A stretch of DNA of 64,000 nucleotides. Origin: Eledone cirrhosa. Taxonomy: Eukaryota. Position numbers and translations under genes: made by a program. The notes beneath the pieces are model-generated. The model saw only the letters and a list, made by a program, of their open reading frames with translations. It was not told the DNA's origin and searched no databases. Position 1 is the stretch's first letter. Every line of letters begins with the position of its first letter. Positions 1 through 10,889 of the stretch are shown piece after piece. Location of the stretch: positions 94,736,001-94,800,000 of the forward strand of contig OZ024743.1 of assembly GCA_964016885.1 (NCBI GenBank), written 5' to 3'.

Positions 1-8
1 TTATATAT

Positions 9-53
9 AGTCATAGTCCTTTCGTCACACACTCTGTGACCTCTTCAGTGACT
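9..53 (-). ncRNA. Minimal type I hammerhead ribozyme in the PLE pLTR
   Basis: Minus strand reads AGUCA CUGAAGA G GUCACA gagug UGUGAC GAAA GGAC UA^UGACU: intact core, 5-bp stem I and 6-bp stem II. Confidence 0.88.
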
Positions 54-257
54 GGGGATTCCTTTCTTTGTTTCTGTGCCTTTCCTTTCTTCTGTCCTAC
101 GCCATTTTGTTTCTGTGTGTGTGTTGTGTGCTCAGTTTGCGCATGCGCCACATCCGGGTGTCTGTGTGTGTTTGTGTTCATTTATCTATTTGTTTATTTA
201 TTTACATGTTATTGGTTGGTTGTTTGTTCTATGTGTGTGTGTGTTTTCATTTTGTCC

Positions 258-3200
258 TTAATTGTAAGTTGTGATGTTGCTGTTCCACTCATATTTTCTA
301 TTTAATTTTGGTTGTAATTCTTTTATGTTTATTGCCTCTGTAATTTGTCTAAACATTGCATCTTTTCTGTGTGTAGATTCTATTTTTATTTCTATGTTCT
401 CTAATTTACCCTTGTGTTCTATCTTAGCATGTTGGTAGAGTACAGATGATTCTTTATTATCTTGAAGGTCTCGCCAGGGTTCATTTATCCGTTCCCCTAT
501 ACTACGAGCTGTCTCACCTATGTACACTATATTTTTGTTTCTACATTGTCCTTCAGTACATCTTATGCTATACACTACATTTCTAGTTTTACAGTTAATA
601 TGGGGGCTTATTTTACAGGTTATACATTTCCTATCTATACATGAGGGTCTTTGGAACGGGTATGTCTTGCTAATAAGTGTTTTTACGGAGGTACCTGGTC
701 TTTCTACTATCTTAATATTGAGTTTATGTTTATTTAGGGCCCTTCTAAATTTGTAGGCTAGTTCGCCTCTAGGGGTTGTGTCGATGAACATTACACTCTG
801 GTATTTATTGCTATCATACCATGAGTTTATTCTATTGGCCTTGTTCCTAGTTCTTTCTATTCTATTCCAAAATTTGCTCCTATACAAGGGGCAGGTCCCA
901 TTTATGTCATTATTTACCATTTTTTCCCATTTGGTTCTGGCTCCTCTATACACTCTGATTCTATCTCTCTGATTGTAGACAGAGAACTGCATACGGTGGG
1001 TGAAGTGTTGTATGTGTCTCTCTAGTTCTTCGGGGTTGCACATGCGGGACACATTTCTCATCACCCGTACCAAATACGCAATCAGTATGTTGATTTTGGT
1101 ATGGTCCGAAATGGCCGAGTTTCGGTGGATCAGATGTTTGGAAGTCATGGGTTTGGCATAATGGGAATGGAGGATTTGTTTTTGGTTGTTAATGGTATCT
1201 AACCAGAGCTCTGTGTCTAGTACAGGTAATCGATGGTTGGGGTGTCTACTTGGGTAGTCTATAGTAACTCTAATGCTCTGGTGGATGGAGTTTGCTATTT
1301 GCTGGATGCTTTCCATTGTGTTTTTCTCTAGTTCCTGACTGTTCTCTAGTGGGGGTGTCTTAACTACGATGTTTATATCATCTACGTAGCGGGAGTACAT
1401 TATCAGGGTTAAGCTGTCTTCTAATTGTTCTTTAAGTTTAAGTTTAAGTCTACTGTCCCACCATACCATGAATAAGTTAGCTATGTCGCCTGCAATGCTA
1501 ACACCAATGGCTGCTCCTTCCTCTTGGGCATATGCTTTTCCATTAAATTTGAACATATGTTCCTTAAGGGTTAATTTTATGCTGGCCCCTACCGCATGTG
1601 CAATCATTTTCTTCAGTTCATCGTGGTTTTCGGGTGTCCGTATGGCTCTGGTCCACCCGTTCCATCTATCTGTGTGGGTTTTCTTGGTCATTGAGGTAAT
1701 GGTAGGTGGTCTACCTCTTGCTGGTCTTGTAGGGCACAGGTTGCTAAGGTCATATGTGTCTAGGTAACTATTACTATGGGTAAGCTTAAGTAGAAGTCCC
1801 AGCTCACTGGTATCAATCCCACGGAATTCAACCTTGCTCTCGCTGATCATTTCTACGCATTTCTCCACAGCAAAATCCACGTCAATAGATGGATACAGGG
1901 ACACAACATCCATACTGCCTATTATGCAGTTTGTTAGGTCCCCAGATCGGTTACCCACGCCGATTCTGCTGAGGAGGTCCTCCGTGCTGTCACATACATC
2001 TGGGGACATCTCAATGATGGGCCGTATGATCAGGGAGAGGAAGTAGGACAGTCTGTAGTTACTAGCAATGTTAGCGCCACAGACTGGCCGTGTTGGTGGT
2101 CCCGCGACAGGGTCACAGCCCGTTTTATGGTCTTTTCGAAGCCCATACAACGCCGGCACGTCATTGTTCCAGGCCTGGAAGTTGTTGGCAGTCTTTTTGT
2201 TGGGCTGCATTATATTCGTCCACATCACCATATGGGCATTGAGGGCTTTTTCTCTATCCTCATGCTCCTGTGGTGTTACCTCTCTTGTGTTAGTGATGTG
2301 GGGTTGCATTGCCTGGATGTAGTTTGGCAGGCTGTCAACCGACATTCTGCCAGACTTGTCTGTTGGGAAGCATGCTATCTCTCCATTACGTGAGCGCTGC
2401 ATGAGCTTACGCAAGCGATTTGCAGGTTTTTCTCCCAGTTGCTGGGCCTCTATTCTATTATGCTTCTTGCTATACTGTTCTATAATATTTCTAAGTTCGG
2501 ATCTAGCTATACTAAATTGTGCTTCTGTTTGTTCATCGACCTGCGACGGCAACTGCGTGCGTTTGTTAAATGGTAAAGTCGTGGCGTGGACTCGTCGCAG
2601 GTCGAATGATTTATCGGAGGGATTATAAAACGGAGAGTTCCAGGCTGCTGCTTTATGTGTACTAGTGCTATTGTTATTGTTAGTTGTGTTGTTTCTATTT
2701 CTATTTCCACCAACAGCCTCATGGTTGTTTCTATGTCTCTCATAATTACTCCTGTCTCTTTCCACTGGCTCAATGTTGTTATCTACCCTATTTTGTGTGT
2801 CTGTGTGTTCGTCTTGGTTATTCTCTTTGTCCTTAGTCTCCCTTCTCCTTTTAATCCTATTACTTTCCCTTATTTCTGTGATTTCTGTGCTACTGTCATT
2901 ACTTGTTTTCTGTGTCTGTGTGTTTGTTAAGATTGTGGTGGTGGTGAGAGGCATTGAATGCGTGTGTGTTGTTGTTGTTGATGTGTGCTGTTGTTGATGT
3001 GTGTTGTTGTTGTCTCCGTGTGTGTTATCGTTGTTGTGTGTGTTGTTATTGTTGTTTGTGTCTGCGTGTCTGTTGTTGTTGTTTCTGGGTATGTTGTTAT
3101 TGTTGTTGTTGTTGATGTGTGTGTTGTTGTTATTGTTGTTTGTGTCTGTGTGTCTGTTGTTGTTGGGATGTGTGTTGTATATGTGTGTGCGTATATTGTT

Positions 3201-3761
3201 GCTTTTGTTTTTGATGCTCCAGCGTAGTTTTGTAAATGATTTTTCTATTTCTGACAGACAACTAATCATATTTACCTTCTTGAATGTCGCAAATTTCGGC
3301 GGCAAACATAACACAGACATTTCATCATTATCTATTTTTGCGTTCCCATATATGTTGGTGTTTTTGTTGTTGAACTCTTCTGATAATGAGGTGTCGGCCA
3401 TGTTGATACCGTCAATTTTGTCGGGATATCTATTGGTATACTCTATAGTATCCTGATTTAGCTTTGCCTGTTTAAGCCACTTTAGTTTCCTGTTAAAGTG
3501 CTTATCACATTCTTGAGTAATGTACTGTTCTTCAGGGCGTATAAGGCTTATAAATATTAGTTTCTCTCTTGGTGTGGTGATCCTAGCTATTTCTTGTATT
3601 AGGTTACTCTTTTGTTTTTCTTGATGACTTAATTCTCTATAGATCTTCTTTTTTATGTTTAGAATTAATGTTCGTTTTAGCCTATCTGCTTGTTTTTTTG
3701 GTGAGTTGTAATCTTCTAACGTCGGTATTGATGGTGTTCGTGTAGATTCTGGACGAGGCAC
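258..3761 (-). CDS. PLE polyprotein (RT + GIY-YIG endonuclease), unit A1; true start probably ATG 3945 across a +1 frameshift
   Basis: RT motifs TDKSG, RPV, MDVVSLYPSI, QEEGAAIG, RYVDD, LPVLD; Cys knuckle; VVYSIRC...YIGETARS; E...LNRK. The ORF-track start is a GTG. Confidence 0.92.
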   Translation of the reverse strand: MPRPESTRTPSIPTLEDYNSPKKQADRLKRTLILNIKKKIYRELSHQEKQKSNLIQEIARITTPREKLIFISLIRPEEQYITQECDKHFNRKLKWLKQAKLNQDTIEYTNRYPDKIDGINMADTSLSEEFNNKNTNIYGNAKIDNDEMSVLCLPPKFATFKKVNMISCLSEIEKSFTKLRWSIKNKSNNIRTHIYNTHPNNNRHTDTNNNNNNTHINNNNNNNIPRNNNNRHADTNNNNNTHNNDNTHGDNNNTHQQQHTSTTTTHTHSMPLTTTTILTNTQTQKTSNDSSTEITEIRESNRIKRRRETKDKENNQDEHTDTQNRVDNNIEPVERDRSNYERHRNNHEAVGGNRNRNNTTNNNNSTSTHKAAAWNSPFYNPSDKSFDLRRVHATTLPFNKRTQLPSQVDEQTEAQFSIARSELRNIIEQYSKKHNRIEAQQLGEKPANRLRKLMQRSRNGEIACFPTDKSGRMSVDSLPNYIQAMQPHITNTREVTPQEHEDREKALNAHMVMWTNIMQPNKKTANNFQAWNNDVPALYGLRKDHKTGCDPVAGPPTRPVCGANIASNYRLSYFLSLIIRPIIEMSPDVCDSTEDLLSRIGVGNRSGDLTNCIIGSMDVVSLYPSIDVDFAVEKCVEMISESKVEFRGIDTSELGLLLKLTHSNSYLDTYDLSNLCPTRPARGRPPTITSMTKKTHTDRWNGWTRAIRTPENHDELKKMIAHAVGASIKLTLKEHMFKFNGKAYAQEEGAAIGVSIAGDIANLFMVWWDSRLKLKLKEQLEDSLTLIMYSRYVDDINIVVKTPPLENSQELEKNTMESIQQIANSIHQSIRVTIDYPSRHPNHRLPVLDTELWLDTINNQKQILHSHYAKPMTSKHLIHRNSAISDHTKINILIAYLVRVMRNVSRMCNPEELERHIQHFTHRMQFSVYNQRDRIRVYRGARTKWEKMVNNDINGTCPLYRSKFWNRIERTRNKANRINSWYDSNKYQSVMFIDTTPRGELAYKFRRALNKHKLNIKIVERPGTSVKTLISKTYPFQRPSCIDRKCITCKISPHINCKTRNVVYSIRCTEGQCRNKNIVYIGETARSIGERINEPWRDLQDNKESSVLYQHAKIEHKGKLENIEIKIESTHRKDAMFRQITEAINIKELQPKLNRKYEWNSNITTYN

Positions 3762-3945
3762 ACTGCTTTATGAAGCATAGTTGTCGAGATGTTATGGTTT
3801 TTCGTAGACAACAGAACATGGTGGTTTTCAGTATCTTGTTAGCCTTGCTAAGGCTTACGATATTTCGTTTCTGAATTTGTTTAGCAAGATTCTTTATCTG
3901 AAATCGTGTGTTGAAACCGATATTGTTATACTTTGGGAGGGTCAT
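3682..3945 (-). CDS. N-terminal segment of the PLE ORF, separated by an A7 run (same in 7728-7991 and 39517-39780)
   Basis: In the partial copy at 35262-35709 (A6) this peptide reads in frame into KKQADRLKRTL. Confidence 0.75.
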   Translation of the reverse strand: MTLPKYNNIGFNTRFQIKNLAKQIQKRNIVSLSKANKILKTTMFCCLRKTITSRQLCFIKQCASSRIYTNTINTDVRRLQLTKKTSR

Positions 3946-4085
3946 GTTGCCAATAAGAAACATACGCACCAGTTGCTTTCACTTCAATTTATTATATATT
4001 TATAAATTTATAAATTTACAAATCTACAAATTTATAAATTTCTGGTTGGTTGGTTGGTTCCACAACCAGATAGTTGTTTATATAT

Positions 4086-4130
4086 AGTCATAGTCCTTTC
4101 GTCACACACTCTGTGACCTCTTCAGTGACT
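4086..4130 (-). ncRNA. Minimal type I hammerhead ribozyme in the PLE pLTR
   Basis: Identical to 9-53. Confidence 0.88.
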
Positions 4131-4334
4131 GGGGATTCCTTTCTTTGTTTCTGTGCCTTTCCTTTCTTCTGTCCTACGCCATTTTGTTTCTGTGTGTGTG
4201 TTGTGTGCTCAGTTTGCGCATGCGCCACATCCGGGTGTCTGTGTGTGTTTGTGTTCATTTATCTATTTGTTTATTTATTTACATGTTATTGGTTGGTTGT
4301 TTGTTCTATGTGTGTGTGTGTTTTCATTTTGTCC

Positions 4335-7300
4335 TTAATTGTAAGTTGTGATGTTGCTGTTCCACTCATATTTTCTATTTAATTTTGGTTGTAATTCTTT
4401 TATGTTTATTGCCTCTGTAATTTGTCTAAACATTGCATCTTTTCTGTGTGTAGATTCTATTTTTATTTCTATGTTCTCTAATTTACCCTTGTGTTCTATC
4501 TTAGCATGTTGGTAGAGTACAGATGATTCTTTATTATCTTGAAGGTCTCGCCAGGGTTCATTTATCCGTTCCCCTATACTACGAGCTGTCTCACCTATGT
4601 ACACTATATTTTTGTTTCTACATTGTCCTTCAGTACATCTTATGCTATACACTACATTTCTAGTTTTACAGTTAATATGGGGGCTTATTTTACAGGTTAT
4701 ACATTTCTTATCTATACATGAGGGTCTTTGGAACGGGTATGTCTTGCTAATAAGTGTTTTTACGGAGGTACCTGGTCTTTCTACTATCTTAATATTGAGT
4801 TTATGTTTATTTAGGGCCCTTCTAAATTTGTAGGCTAGTTCGCCTTTAGGGGTTGTGTCGATGAACATTACACTCTGGTATTTATTGCTATCATACCATG
4901 AGTTTATTCTATTGGCCTTGTTCCTAGTTCTTTCTATTCTATTCCAAAATTTGCTCCTATACAAGGGGCAGGTCCCATTTATGTCATTATTTACCATTTT
5001 TTCCCATTTGGTTCTGGCTCCTCTATACACTCTGATTCTATCTCTCTGATTGTAGACAGAGAACTGCATACGGTGGGTGAAGTGTTGTATGTGTCTCTCT
5101 AGTTCTTCGGGGTTGCACATGCGGGACACATTTCTCATCACCCGTACCAAATACGCAATCAGTATGTTGATTTTGGTATGGTCCGAAATGGCCGAGTTTC
5201 GGTGGATCAGATGTTTGGAAGTCATGGGTTTGGCATAATGGGAATGGAGGATTTGTTTTTGGTTGTTAATGGTATCTAACCAGAGCTCTGTGTCTAGTAC
5301 AGGTAATCGATGGTTGGGGTGTCTACTTGGGTAGTCTATAGTAACTCTAATGCTCTGGTGGATGGAGTTTGCTATTTGCTGGATGCTTTCCATTGTGTTT
5401 TTCTCTAGTTCCTGACTGTTCTCTAGTGGGGGTGTCTTAACTACGATGTTTATATCATCTACGTAGCGGGAGTACATTATCAGGGTTAAGCTGTCTTCTA
5501 ATTGTTCTTTAAGTTTAAGTCTACTGTCCCACCATACCATGAATAAGTTAGCTATGTCGCCTGCAATGCTAACACCAATGGCTGCTCCTTCCTCTTGGGC
5601 ATATGCTTTTCCATTAAATTTGAACATATGTTCCTTAAGGGTTAATTTTATGCTGGCCCCTACCGCATGTGCAATCATTTTCTTCAGTTCATCGTGGTTT
5701 TCGGGTGTCCGTATGGCTCTGGTCCACCCGTTCCATCTATCTGTGTGGGTTTTCTTGGTCATTGAGGTAATGGTAGGTGGTCTGCCTCTTGCTGGTCAGG
5801 TTGCTAAGGTCATATGTGTCTAGGTAACTATTACTATGGGTAAGCTTAAGTAGAAGTCCCAGCTCACTGGTATCAATCCCACGGAACTCAACCTTGCTCT
5901 CGCTGATCATTTCTACGCATTTCTCCACAGCAAAATCCACGTCAATAGATGGATACAGGGACACAACATCCATACTGCCTATTATGCAGTTTGTTAGGTC
6001 CCCAGATCGGTTACCCACGCCGATTCTGCTGAGGAGGTCCTCCGTGCTGTCACATACATCTGGGGACATCTCAATGATGGGGCGTATGATCAGGGAGAGG
6101 AAGTAGGACAGCAATGTTAGCTCCACAGACTGGCCGTGTTGGTGGTCCCGCGACAGGGTCACAGCCCGTTTTATGGTCTTTTCGAAGCCCATACAACGCC
6201 GGCACGTCATTGTTCCAGGCCTGGAAGTTGTTAGCAGTCCTTTTGTTGGGCTGCATTATATTCGTCCACATCACCATATGGGCATTGAGGGCTTTTTCTC
6301 TATCCTCATGCTCCTGTGGTGTTACCTCTCTTGTGTTAGTGATGTGGGGTTGCATTGCCTGGATGTAGTTTGGCAGGCTGTCAACCGACATTCTGCCAGA
6401 CTTGTCTGTTGGAAAGCATGCTATCTCTCCATTACGTGAGCGCTGCATGAGCTTACGCAAGCGATTTGCAGGTTTTTCTCCCAGTTGCTGGGCCTCTATT
6501 CTATTATGCTTCTTGCTATACTGTTCTATAATATTTCTAAGTTCGGATCTAGCTATACTAAATTGTGCTTCTGTTTGTTCATCGACCTGCGACGGCAACT
6601 GCGTGCGTTTGTTAAATGGTAAAGTCGTGGCGTGGACTCGTCGCAGGTCGAATGATTTATCGGAGGGATTATAAAACGGAGAGTTCCAGGCTGCTGCTTT
6701 ATGTGTACTAGTGCTATTGTTATTGTTAGTTGTGTTGTTTCTATTTCTATTTCCACCAACAGCCTCATGGTTGTTTCTATGTCTCTCATAATTACTCCTG
6801 TCTCTTTCCACTGGCTCAATGTTGTTATCTACCCTATTTTGTGTGTCTGTGTGTTCGTCTTGGTTATTCTCTTTGTCCTTAGTCTCCCTTCTCCTTTTAA
6901 TCCTATTACTTTCCCTTATTTCTGTGATTTCTGTGCTACTGTCATTACTTGTTTTCTGTGTCTGTGTGTTTGTTAAGATTGTGGTGGTGGTGAGAGGCAT
7001 TGAATGCGTGTGTGTTGTTGTTGTTGATGTGTGCTGTTGTTGATGTGTGTTGTTGTTGTCTCCGTGTGTGTTATCGTTGTTGTGTGTGTTGTTATTGTTG
7101 TTTGTGTCTGCGTGTCTGTTGTTGTTGTTTCTGGGTATGTTGTTATTGTTGTTGTTGTTGATGTGTGTGTTGTTGTTATTGTTGTTTGTGTCTGTGTGTC
7201 TGTTGTTGTTGGGATGTGTGTTGTATATGTGTGTGCGTATATTGTTGCTTTTGTTTTTGATGCTCCAGCGTAGTTTTGTAAATGATTTTTCTATTTCTGA

Positions 7301-7991
7301 CAGACAACTAATCATATTTACCTTCTTGAATGTCGCAAATTTCGGCGGCAAACATAACACAGACATTTCATCATTATCTATTTTTGCGTTCCCATATATG
7401 TTGGTGTTTTTGTTGTTGAACTCTTCTGATAATGAGGTGTCGGCCATGTTGATACCGTCAATTTTGTCGGGATATCTATTGGTATACTCTATAGTATCCT
7501 GATTTAGCTTTGCCTGTTTAAGCCACTTTAGTTTCCTGTTAAAGTGCTTATCACATTCTTGAGTAATGTACTGTTCTTCAGGGCGTATAAGGCTTATAAA
7601 TATTAGTTTCTCTCTTGGTGTGGTGATCCTAGCTATTTCTTGTATTAGGTTACGCTTTTGTTTTTCTTGATGACTTAATTCTCTATAGATCTTCTTTTTT
7701 ATGTTTAGAATTAATGTTCGTTTTAGCCTATCTGCTTGTTTTTTTGGTGAGTTGTAATCTTCTAACGTCGGTATTGATGGTGTTCGTGTAGATTCTGGAC
7801 GAGGCACACTGCTTTATGAAGCATAGTTGTCGAGATGTTATGGTTTTTCGTAGACAACAGAACATGGTGGTTTTCAGTATCTTGTTAGCCTTGCTAAGGC
7901 TTACGATATTTCGTTTCTGAATTTGTTTAGCAAGATTCTTTATCTGAAATCGTGTGTTGAAACCGATATTGTTATACTTTGGGAGGGTCAT
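4335..7991 (-). pseudogene. PLE unit A2 ORF, frameshifted
   Basis: An 11-nt deletion near 5797 and a 14-nt deletion near 6110 relative to unit A1 split RT across three ORFs. Confidence 0.92.
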
Positions 7992-8131
7992 GTTGCCAAT
8001 AAGAAACATACGCACCAGTTGCTTTCACTTCAATTTATTATATATTTATAAATTTATAAATTTACAAATCTACAAATTTATAAATTTCTGGTTGGTTGGT
8101 TGGTTCCACAACCAGATAGTTGTTTATATAT

Positions 8132-8176
8132 AGTCATAGTCCTTTCGTCACACACTCTGTGACCTCTTCAGTGACT
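8132..8176 (-). ncRNA. Minimal type I hammerhead ribozyme in the PLE pLTR
   Basis: Identical to 9-53. Confidence 0.88.
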
Positions 8177-8380
8177 GGGGATTCCTTTCTTTGTTTCTGT
8201 GCCTTTCCTTTCTTCTGTCCTACGCCATTTTGTTTCTGTGTGTGTGTTGTGTGCTCAGTTTGCGCATGCGCCACATCCGGGTGTCTGTGTGTGTTTGTGT
8301 TCATTTATCTATTTGTTTATTTATTTACATGTTATTGGTTGGTTGTTTGTTCTATGTGTGTGTGTGTTTTCATTTTGTCC

Positions 8381-10225
8381 TTAATTGTAAGTTGTGATGT
8401 TGCTGTTCCACTCATATTTTCTATTTAATTTTGGTTGTAATTCTTTTATGTTTATTGCCTCTGTAATTTGTCTAAACATTGCATCTTTTCTGTGTGTAGA
8501 TTCTATTTTTATTTCTATGTTCTCTAATTTACCCTTGTGTTCTATCTTAGCATGTTGGTAGAGTACAGATGATTCTTTATTATCTTGAAGGTCTCGCCAG
8601 GGTTCATTTATCCGTTCCCCTATACTACGAGCTGTCTCACCTATGTACACTATATTTTTGTTTCTACATTGTCCTTCAGTACATCTTATGCTATACACTA
8701 CATTTCTAGTTTTACAGTTAATATGGGGGCTTATTTTACAGGTTATACATTTCTTATCTATACATGAGGGTCTTTGGAACGGGTATGTCTTGCTAATAAG
8801 TGTTTTTACGGAGGTACCTGGTCTTTCTACTATCTTAATATTGAGTTTATGTTTATTTAGGGCCCTTCTAAATTTGTAGGCTAGTTCGCCTTTAGGGGTT
8901 GTGTCGATGAACATTACACTCTGGTATTTATTGCTATCATACCATGAGTTTATTCTATTGGCCTTGTTCCTAGTTCTTTCTATTCTATTCCAAAATTTGC
9001 TCCTATACAAGGGGCAGGTCCCATTTATGTCATTATTTACCATTTTTTCCCATTTGGTTCTGGCTCCTCTATACACTCTGATTCTATCTCTCTGATTGTA
9101 GACAGAGAACTGCATACGGTGGGTGAAGTGTTGTATGTGTCTCTCTAGTTCTTCGGGGTTGCACATGCGGGACACATTTCTCATCACCCGTACCAAATAC
9201 GCAATCAGTATGTTGATTTTGGTATGGTCCGAAATGGCCGAGTTTCGGTGGATCAGATGTTTGGAAGTCATGGGTTTGTCATAATGAGAATGGAGGATTT
9301 GTTTTTGGTTGTTAATGGTATCTAACCAGAGCTCTGTGTCTAGTACAGGTAATCGATGGTTGGGGTGTCTACTTGGGTAGTCTATAGTAACTCTAATGCT
9401 CTGGTGGATGGAGTTTGCTATTTGCTGGATGCTTTCCATTGTGTTTTTCTCTAGTTCCTGACTGTTCTCTAGTGGGGGTGTCTTAACTACGATGTTTATA
9501 TCATCTACGTAGCGGGAGTACATTATCAGGGTTAAGCTGTCTTCTAATTGTTCTTTAAGTTTAAGTCTACTGTCCCACCATACCATGAATAAGTTAGCTA
9601 TGTCGCCTGCAATGCTAACACCAATGGCTGCTCCTTCCTCTTGGGCATATGCTTTTCCATTAAATTTGAACATATGTTCCTTAAGGGTTAATTTTATGCT
9701 GGCCCCTACCGCATGTGCAATCATTTTCTTCAGTTCATCGTGGTTTTCGGGTGTCCGTATGGCTCTGGTCCACCCGTTCCATCTATCTGTGTGGGTTTTC
9801 TTGGTCATTGAGGTAATGGTAGGTGGTCTGCCTCTTGCTGGTCAGGTTGCTAAGGTCATATGTGTCTAGGTAACTATTACTATGGGTAAGCTTAAGTAGA
9901 AGTCCCAGCTCACTGGTATCAATCCCACAGAACTCAACCTTGCTCTCGCTGATCATTTCTACGCATTTCTCCACAGCAAAATCCACGTCAATAGATGGAT
10001 ACAGCAACACAACATCCATACTGCCTATTATGCAGTTTGTTAGGTCCCCAGATCGGTTACCCATGCCGATTCTGCTGAGGAGGTCCTCCGTGCTGTCACA
10101 TACATCTGGGGACATCTCAATGATGGGGCGTATGATCAGGCAGAGGAAGTAGGACAGTCTGTAGTTACTAGCAATGTTAGCTCCACAGACTGGCCGTGTT
10201 GGTGGTCCCGCGACAGGGTCACAGC
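8381..10225 (-). pseudogene. PLE unit A3, 5'-truncated (RT C-half + endonuclease)
   Basis: Homology ends at 10225 and is followed by an inverted segment at 10226-10309; carries the same 11-nt deletion. Confidence 0.92.
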
Positions 10226-10889
10226 AAAAGGACTGCCAACAACTTCCAGGCCTGGAACAATGACGTGCCGGCGTTGTATGGGCTTCGAAAAGACCATAAA
10301 ACGGGCTGTTTACTTAAAGGGAGATAATCTTTGAATATTTTCATATTTCATAAATTATTATTTTATGTCCTAGGTCGAAGGCAAATAATCGATCAAATAG
10401 TTTCGGTTACTCTCGGGTCCTTTTAGTTTACATATTGAGACCCCAACCCACCCTATTCATTTTGTAACGTATGTGATTTCGGGTAATGTACTATTTCAGT
10501 CATATAAACGACAGGTGGGGATGGAACAGGAGCGGTCGGTATGGACACATTTGAAAAATTAACAAGCGGGGTGTCGGGGAGGGATTGTTCGAGACCCGTG
10601 AGTAGGTGAATATTAACATAGTAACGATATCTCGGTAGCGCTAGTTTACTTAAAGGGAGATAATCTTTGAACATTTTCATATATAATTTATTATTTAGGA
10701 TGCTTTCCCCAATCATATGTTAAAGGGAGATAATCGGTAAAAGGTATCGGTTAAAAGAAATTTCAGAGTATATCAATTTAAGCCAAATTGAATTTAAATC
10801 ACCTATATCAAGCTAAATCAAATCAAATCAATATCATTATCTATATTCAGAATTGGTTTGATCTTTTTAATAAAATTCTTTTCTTCTAT

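Larger units (their letters stand above)
1..10309 (-). mobile_element. Penelope-like element tandem array A (pLTR, two full units of 4077 and 4046 bp, a 5'-truncated unit and a terminal inversion); continues left of the window
   Basis: The sequence at 1-257 recurs at 4078 and 8124. ORFs carry RT and GIY-YIG motifs, and each junction contains a hammerhead. Confidence 0.95.

Noticed and set aside
36-3456. Many plus-strand hydrophobic ORFs (VCV/LLL-rich)
   Set aside because: They are antisense shadows of the PLE ORF and its AC-rich UTR.
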